The position numbers were made by a program, and so were the translations under genes. Positions 59,405 to 64,000 of a stretch of DNA of 64,000 nucleotides are shown here, one piece after another. Positions within the stretch are counted from its first letter, which is position 1, and each line of letters starts with the position of its first letter. The stretch covers positions 3,040,001 through 3,104,000 of the forward strand of contig CAXXKJ010000002.1 of NCBI GenBank assembly GCA_963675295.2, given 5' to 3'. The DNA is from a bacterium (GTDB lineage: Bacteria > Electryoneota > Electryoneia > Electryoneales > Electryoneaceae). The notes beneath the pieces were generated by a model that worked only from the letters and a program-made list of their open reading frames with translations, was not told where the DNA came from and searched no databases.

Positions 59405-61627
59405 TTACTTCATCAACATTACCTTGCGCACATCACTGCCCATCTCGCTGCTCGCCTGGATCAGGTAGATGCCGCTGGCGAGGTTCGCACCGTCAAAGGT
59501 GAAGTTGTGCACGCCGGCGGTGTGCTGGCCCTGCGCGAGGGTCGCAACCTGCTGGCCGAGGGTGTTGAACACGGCAACGTTCAGCTCACCCGCCTGCGGC
59601 AACGCGATGTTGACCGTGGTCGTCGGGTTGAACGGGTTCGGGTAGGCCGAGGTGATCGCGAACTCGGACGGTAGGATCGCGTCCGACGCATCCGCGCTGG
59701 CCTGCGGCAGGCCGAACAGGGACCATTCGGTCGCACCGTCGGCAACCACGCCCAGCTTGTTGACCATGAACGAGTCTTCCGCCAGCACCATGTTCTGGCC
59801 GAGATCACCGACCATGACATTGTAGCTGTACATGCCCGCCGGGACACCAGCCGGGACGTTCTGCATCAGGCCGTTGACGGTGAACGTGTTGTTCGCCGCA
59901 AGGTAGACCACCGCCGACTGGATGAAGAAGTCGTAACCCATCGGCGTCGTCGCGGTCGCCCAGACACGTGCGTAGCCAGCCTGCGCGCTGTTGTTCATGA
60001 TCTCGAGGTCGTACATGAAGCTGCCGCCGGCCGCCGGGATCTCCACCGGGTCCATGTCCGGGGTCAGGGTCAGCGTGACAGGGTCAGTGCCAACCGACAG
60101 TTCGTAGAAAGTAATGCTGCCGCTGACTTCGTTGGCGACGATCATCAGATCGCTGCCGGTCGGGCTGTGGTCGGCGGAAACGATCTTGATGTCTTCCGGA
60201 CCGAGGTCGCCGATCATCGCGAGGTCAGCTGGCACGGACGGATCGAGGTTTGGATCGAAGTCACGGTTGCTGACGGTCATTACATACATCGGGCTGGTCG
60301 GATCACTGACATCGTAGACCATGATGACGCTCATGCGTTCGAGGCCGATGAACGCGTACGGGGTGCCGTCAACCCAGCCGATGGCGATCGCTTCCGGCTC
60401 ACCGCCCTTGTCGTCCGAACGGCTGTCGAAGCTACCGTTTTCGTCATTGTTACTGTTGAAATCTTCGCTGAATTCCGAGAACAGAATTTGCTCGAATTCT
60501 TCGCCGCTGTCCCAGACGAGATCGCCGTTGTTGCCGTTCCAGATCGAGAACGAACGGGCACCGTAAGCATACAGCATGTCGTAATCGCCATCGTTGTCGA
60601 TGTCGCCGTAGTCGGTGCGAACATGCAGCCGTCCGAGGTTCTCATCGAGCAGCAGCGTCGCTTCGTCCGGGAAGACGGTGTCGTCGAGGTCGAGGTCGTG
60701 GACACGGGCTTCGGTATGGTCGCGAGCGTCGCCTTCATTGGCCGAGAAGATCAGCCACTGTTCGTTGATGTTCGCGAAGGCGATCGCATCCGCCTGGTAG
60801 GTGCCGTACACCGGCCAGTTCTGGATGTTGACCATGCCGTCGTCATTGCTGGCGTCGAGAGCGTTGCCCGGCAGGCTGTGATCCTTGAGGCCGGCAGGGA
60901 GCAGGCTGACGATGGTGTAGTTGCTGAGGTCAACAGTGACCATCGCGGCGGCTTCCTGGCAACCGCAGAAAGCGTACATGCCGTCATCGGAGATGGCAAT
61001 GTATTCCGGCTCGAGATCCTGGGACGCGGGCACGCCCGGCTCGAGCAGGACGCCGTCCGCGATCAGCTGGGCTTCCTGGCCGTCGAATTGGGTGAAGTCG
61101 ATTTCGTGGGCGGTGAAGCTATTCATCTCGATGACCCAGACACTGCCTTCCGGATCCACGTTGCCATCAGGCTCGCCCTCGCAGGCGACGACGCACTTCT
61201 GGCCGTCCGGGGTGAAGGTCACCATGTCCGGCAGCGCGCCGACGGTTACGGTTCCTTCCACCATGCCGCCCTGATCGAAGAAGACGATCATGCCGGGGTC
61301 GGTGGACACATTCGCTTCCACCGCCACCGCGATGAAACCGAGATCGCTGAACGCGACGCTGTTGACGCCACCGCCATAGGTACTCATGTCAATGCTCATG
61401 TCGAGCACCGGGTTGGCCGGATCGCTGATGTCGAGACGGTCGACCGTGTTCGCGTTGGCGTTGGTGAAGTACAGCTTCTGCAGCATCCAGTCATGGGCGA
61501 CGATTTCCGCCGCGCCTTCGTCAAATACGAGCGACTGGTATGTTCCGATTTTGTTCACATTCAGCGCCATCGCGCTGGACGCGACGAGCAGCATCATGAT
61601 CGTGAATAACGTTCCGCTGAAACGCAT
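59405..61627 (-). CDS. Secreted choice-of-anchor I (alkaline-phosphatase-associated propeller) protein with pre-CTD domain and T9SS-like CTD
   Basis: AAEIVA, VGALPDMVTF, LEPEYI, ANEGD, YGARSFSIW, RSDDKGGEPE, GLER, DLGPE, ANEVSG; YPNPFNP...KVMLMK. Confidence 0.85.
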   Translation of the reverse strand: MRFSGTLFTIMMLLVASSAMALNVNKIGTYQSLVFDEGAAEIVAHDWMLQKLYFTNANANTVDRLDISDPANPVLDMSIDMSTYGGGVNSVAFSDLGFIAVAVEANVSTDPGMIVFFDQGGMVEGTVTVGALPDMVTFTPDGQKCVVACEGEPDGNVDPEGSVWVIEMNSFTAHEIDFTQFDGQEAQLIADGVLLEPGVPASQDLEPEYIAISDDGMYAFCGCQEAAAMVTVDLSNYTIVSLLPAGLKDHSLPGNALDASNDDGMVNIQNWPVYGTYQADAIAFANINEQWLIFSANEGDARDHTEARVHDLDLDDTVFPDEATLLLDENLGRLHVRTDYGDIDNDGDYDMLYAYGARSFSIWNGNNGDLVWDSGEEFEQILFSEFSEDFNSNNDENGSFDSRSDDKGGEPEAIAIGWVDGTPYAFIGLERMSVIMVYDVSDPTSPMYVMTVSNRDFDPNLDPSVPADLAMIGDLGPEDIKIVSADHSPTGSDLMIVANEVSGSITFYELSVGTDPVTLTLTPDMDPVEIPAAGGSFMYDLEIMNNSAQAGYARVWATATTPMGYDFFIQSAVVYLAANNTFTVNGLMQNVPAGVPAGMYSYNVMVGDLGQNMVLAEDSFMVNKLGVVADGATEWSLFGLPQASADASDAILPSEFAITSAYPNPFNPTTTVNIALPQAGELNVAVFNTLGQQVATLAQGQHTAGVHNFTFDGANLASGIYLIQASSEMGSDVRKVMLMK

Positions 61628-61779
61628 GGCTTTCTCTCTCCTTTTGGGGTTCCTGATCGTTTTACGTGAAATACATCATTGCTTTCGGGTGCCTGCGAGA
61701 TAGATGAGTTGTATTTGTTGTCTGTTAGGACAACCCGACAGTCCCGTGTGGAGAGATCGGCGAAAACGTGTAAAACCAG

Positions 61780-61809
61780 AAAAAACAAACCCCGTCGTGA
61801 AGACGGGGT
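61780..61809 (-). terminator. Rho-independent terminator
   Basis: ACCCCGTC-GTGAA-GACGGGGT with an A-rich left flank. Confidence 0.65.
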
Positions 61810-61842
61810 CTCGTGCAAACTCAGGGAATCCAAACGACGCGG

Positions 61843-64000
61843 TTAGAAGTCCGCCCCGATGGAGAAGTAGTATCTCGGTTTGGTTACGGTGTCCAGCTCG
61901 TTCTTCCACGCCATGTCCCATTTGAGCAGGAAAATGCCGAGATTGGCACGGAATCCCCAGCCGTAGCCCATGTGGAAATCGTCGAAGCGGGCGTTCCCGC
62001 TCGGCGGATCCTCGATGAAGCGGAAGAAGTCATCACTCCACACCGCGCCAGCATCGAGGAAAATCGCGCCACGGATGTTGCTGAAGTAGAACGGCAATGG
62101 CCAGCCGAACAGCACCTGGCGCACCAGTGGGAAACGGAATTCGTTGTTCAGCAGGACGTACCGGTTGCCGTAATCCTCGTAGTAGTCTGCACCACGTAGC
62201 GGCGTCGCGAATCCCGAGAAGTAGATATCCTCGATGTCGTCCCGGATGTAGCCGCCTTCGAAGCGACGGTTGATCCAGTTGCTGACGCCGCCGAGGAAGA
62301 AGGTTTGCGGATGCTGGCCGAAGCTGGCCGCGCCGGACAGCCGGAACGCAAAACTGTAGTCCAGGCCAACGTGGAAATACTTGCGTGCATCTAGCGACAC
62401 GGTCTGGAAATCCAGCCCCCACAGGTCCTTGGACGTTTTCGGATCCTCACCGTCGAGATCCGGACTGTAGGCGAATCCGATGCGGTAGCGGTGACCGTTC
62501 AACGGGCCGGTCCAGCCCCAGAGGGTGTTGTCATAAACGTACGCAATCGACGGCAAGATGAAGTGCATCTTGCGGTCGGGGATGTAGTCGTAACGGTCGT
62601 AATCCCAGCGGTCACGGTCGATGTTGACCAGGCTGGCGGAGAAATCGAACCGGTTGTAGCGTGAGAACGGGTAGCTTACGGTCCCGGACGCACCCCAGTT
62701 GCGGTCACGGATGTCGCCACCATCGAAGAAGTAAACGTTGTGGAACGCACCCCCGCCAAAGTCCCAGCGTTCCGGCAGATGGTAGTAATACAGATTGAAG
62801 TTGCTGTTCTCGAAGTTGTAGTAGAGGTCGGTCCCGATGAAAATGACATGATTCCCGAGAACGTCGGAGATCATGATCTGGCCGTACCCCTGCAAGCCAA
62901 AGAATGCGCTGTAGCCCGCCGCCGCGGACACGATATCCGGGCTGAACTTGAGCTTGTACTTACGCGGGATGAACCGCCCGTCTGCGCCGAGGATCGAATC
63001 CTGTTCGACATCGGTGAGTGCAGTATCATTGTCGTCGCTACCGCTCCACCCCGCCGGGTAGAAGACGTAGTTGCGGTAGGTGCCGGTCGTGCCCTCTTCC
63101 GCCGGACGGGTCCGCCGTCCCGACACCAAGCGAACTTTCTCTTCGTGCTCGGTAGTATCATTAACCGCCACCGTGCTGTCCAGATGTGCGGTTTCGTGAT
63201 CGGTCAGGGACGTATCGGTCACGGTCGAATCGGAAACGTCCAGATTCAGATCGTCCCGGTTGACAGCGAGCTGGTCTTCACGAATAATTGCCGTGCCGCC
63301 GCCAATCGCGAACGCGGTGTCGAACGGAGATGATTGCAGCAAGGTATCTGGTTCGACAGCAAGTGTGTCTTCCCCGGCTGCAACCGAATCGCCGATGGCA
63401 TCGTGCCCCAGCGCCTCGAGGATCTCCTGCTCCTCCGGGCTGCCCGGTTCGACCGGTTGACCACCGGTGAGCTGGTCCAACCATGGGTTTCCGTTTGGAC
63501 CGTTCAGACCGTTTTGCGCCAGTTCGGTCATCGCCTTCATCCGCGCTTCGAGGTCATCCGAATCCTTAATGATTCCCCGCACCTTCTGCTGATAGTACGT
63601 CAGGCTCGGATTCTTGCGGCGGGATTCGTCAAACGGATTCTTGTACAGGTAGAGATCGTACCCCGCATTGAAGAAAGAGGCGAACGCGACGCTGCCGTTG
63701 TCCGACCAGCTTGGCGTGAACACACCGGTGAGGATGTCCGTCGTTGCCCAAGTATCGTCCGTGTTCAGATCATGCAGGTACAGGTTGAACGCACCGCTGC
63801 GATCGGAGACGAAGCTGATGATCCCATCGCGGGACGTGAACGACGGAGACCTATCCTCGTAGATATCGTTGGTCAGCCGGCTGATCGTGTTCGTATCAAG
63901 GTTGATCAGGTAGACGTCGTGCTGCTCGTAGTTCTGTTCCCACAGATCGAGCACCGTTCCATTCGGCGATAGTTTGTCCCCACGGTCGGAGATGAATAGC
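61843..64000 (-). CDS. PD40 (TolB-like) repeat plus Omp85/BamA-type barrel protein, 5'-truncated
   Basis: Frame open to the window end (LFISDRG...); FVSDRSG, TPSWS; LRGADY, NNEFRFP, FLDAG, terminal YYFSIGADF. Confidence 0.8.
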   Translation of the reverse strand, partial: LFISDRGDKLSPNGTVLDLWEQNYEQHDVYLINLDTNTISRLTNDIYEDRSPSFTSRDGIISFVSDRSGAFNLYLHDLNTDDTWATTDILTGVFTPSWSDNGSVAFASFFNAGYDLYLYKNPFDESRRKNPSLTYYQQKVRGIIKDSDDLEARMKAMTELAQNGLNGPNGNPWLDQLTGGQPVEPGSPEEQEILEALGHDAIGDSVAAGEDTLAVEPDTLLQSSPFDTAFAIGGGTAIIREDQLAVNRDDLNLDVSDSTVTDTSLTDHETAHLDSTVAVNDTTEHEEKVRLVSGRRTRPAEEGTTGTYRNYVFYPAGWSGSDDNDTALTDVEQDSILGADGRFIPRKYKLKFSPDIVSAAAGYSAFFGLQGYGQIMISDVLGNHVIFIGTDLYYNFENSNFNLYYYHLPERWDFGGGAFHNVYFFDGGDIRDRNWGASGTVSYPFSRYNRFDFSASLVNIDRDRWDYDRYDYIPDRKMHFILPSIAYVYDNTLWGWTGPLNGHRYRIGFAYSPDLDGEDPKTSKDLWGLDFQTVSLDARKYFHVGLDYSFAFRLSGAASFGQHPQTFFLGGVSNWINRRFEGGYIRDDIEDIYFSGFATPLRGADYYEDYGNRYVLLNNEFRFPLVRQVLFGWPLPFYFSNIRGAIFLDAGAVWSDDFFRFIEDPPSGNARFDDFHMGYGWGFRANLGIFLLKWDMAWKNELDTVTKPRYYFSIGADF

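Overview
GC-rich chromosomal segment, probably from an FCB-superphylum bacterium outside the Bacteroidota (Calditrichota/Electryoneota-like; inferred from gene content and C-terminal domain style). 1-14.6 kb is housekeeping: ychF-like-glnB-dapA-dapB-lysC, a degenerate HD-GYP protein, ffh-rpsP-rimM-trmD-rplS plus an ECF S component, split rfaE1/rfaE2 around tRNA-Val(CAC), a lipid A acyltransferase and a TPR protein. 14.8-37.0 kb is a tandem array of nine minus-strand secreted proteins ending in type IX secretion (T9SS)-like C-terminal domains (CTDs): cleaved-adhesin/FN3, LVIVD, DNRLRE-like, FG-GAP and two C10 peptidases. Two of the nine are broken by single-base frameshifts. 37.3-64 kb holds a Na+-translocating acyl-CoA decarboxylase operon interrupted by a lipoprotein, sodC, beta-carbonic anhydrase, mutS2, an M23 peptidase, valS, hicBA, hemolysin III, DUF4139, recG, a tenth CTD protein (choice-of-anchor I) and a partial PD40-Omp85 protein. 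Most notable: (1) intergenic cassettes bounded by inverted, 7-bp-phased TGAG/YGG...CTCA arrays, often in register with stop/start codons and enclosing several REP-like palindrome families; (2) a gingipain-like modular protease/adhesin array with a shared L[DE][DE][FY] motif at predicted processing sites, a shared pre-CTD domain and CTD-coding DNA homogenised between neighbours. No CRISPR array, integrase, transposase or reverse transcriptase was seen.
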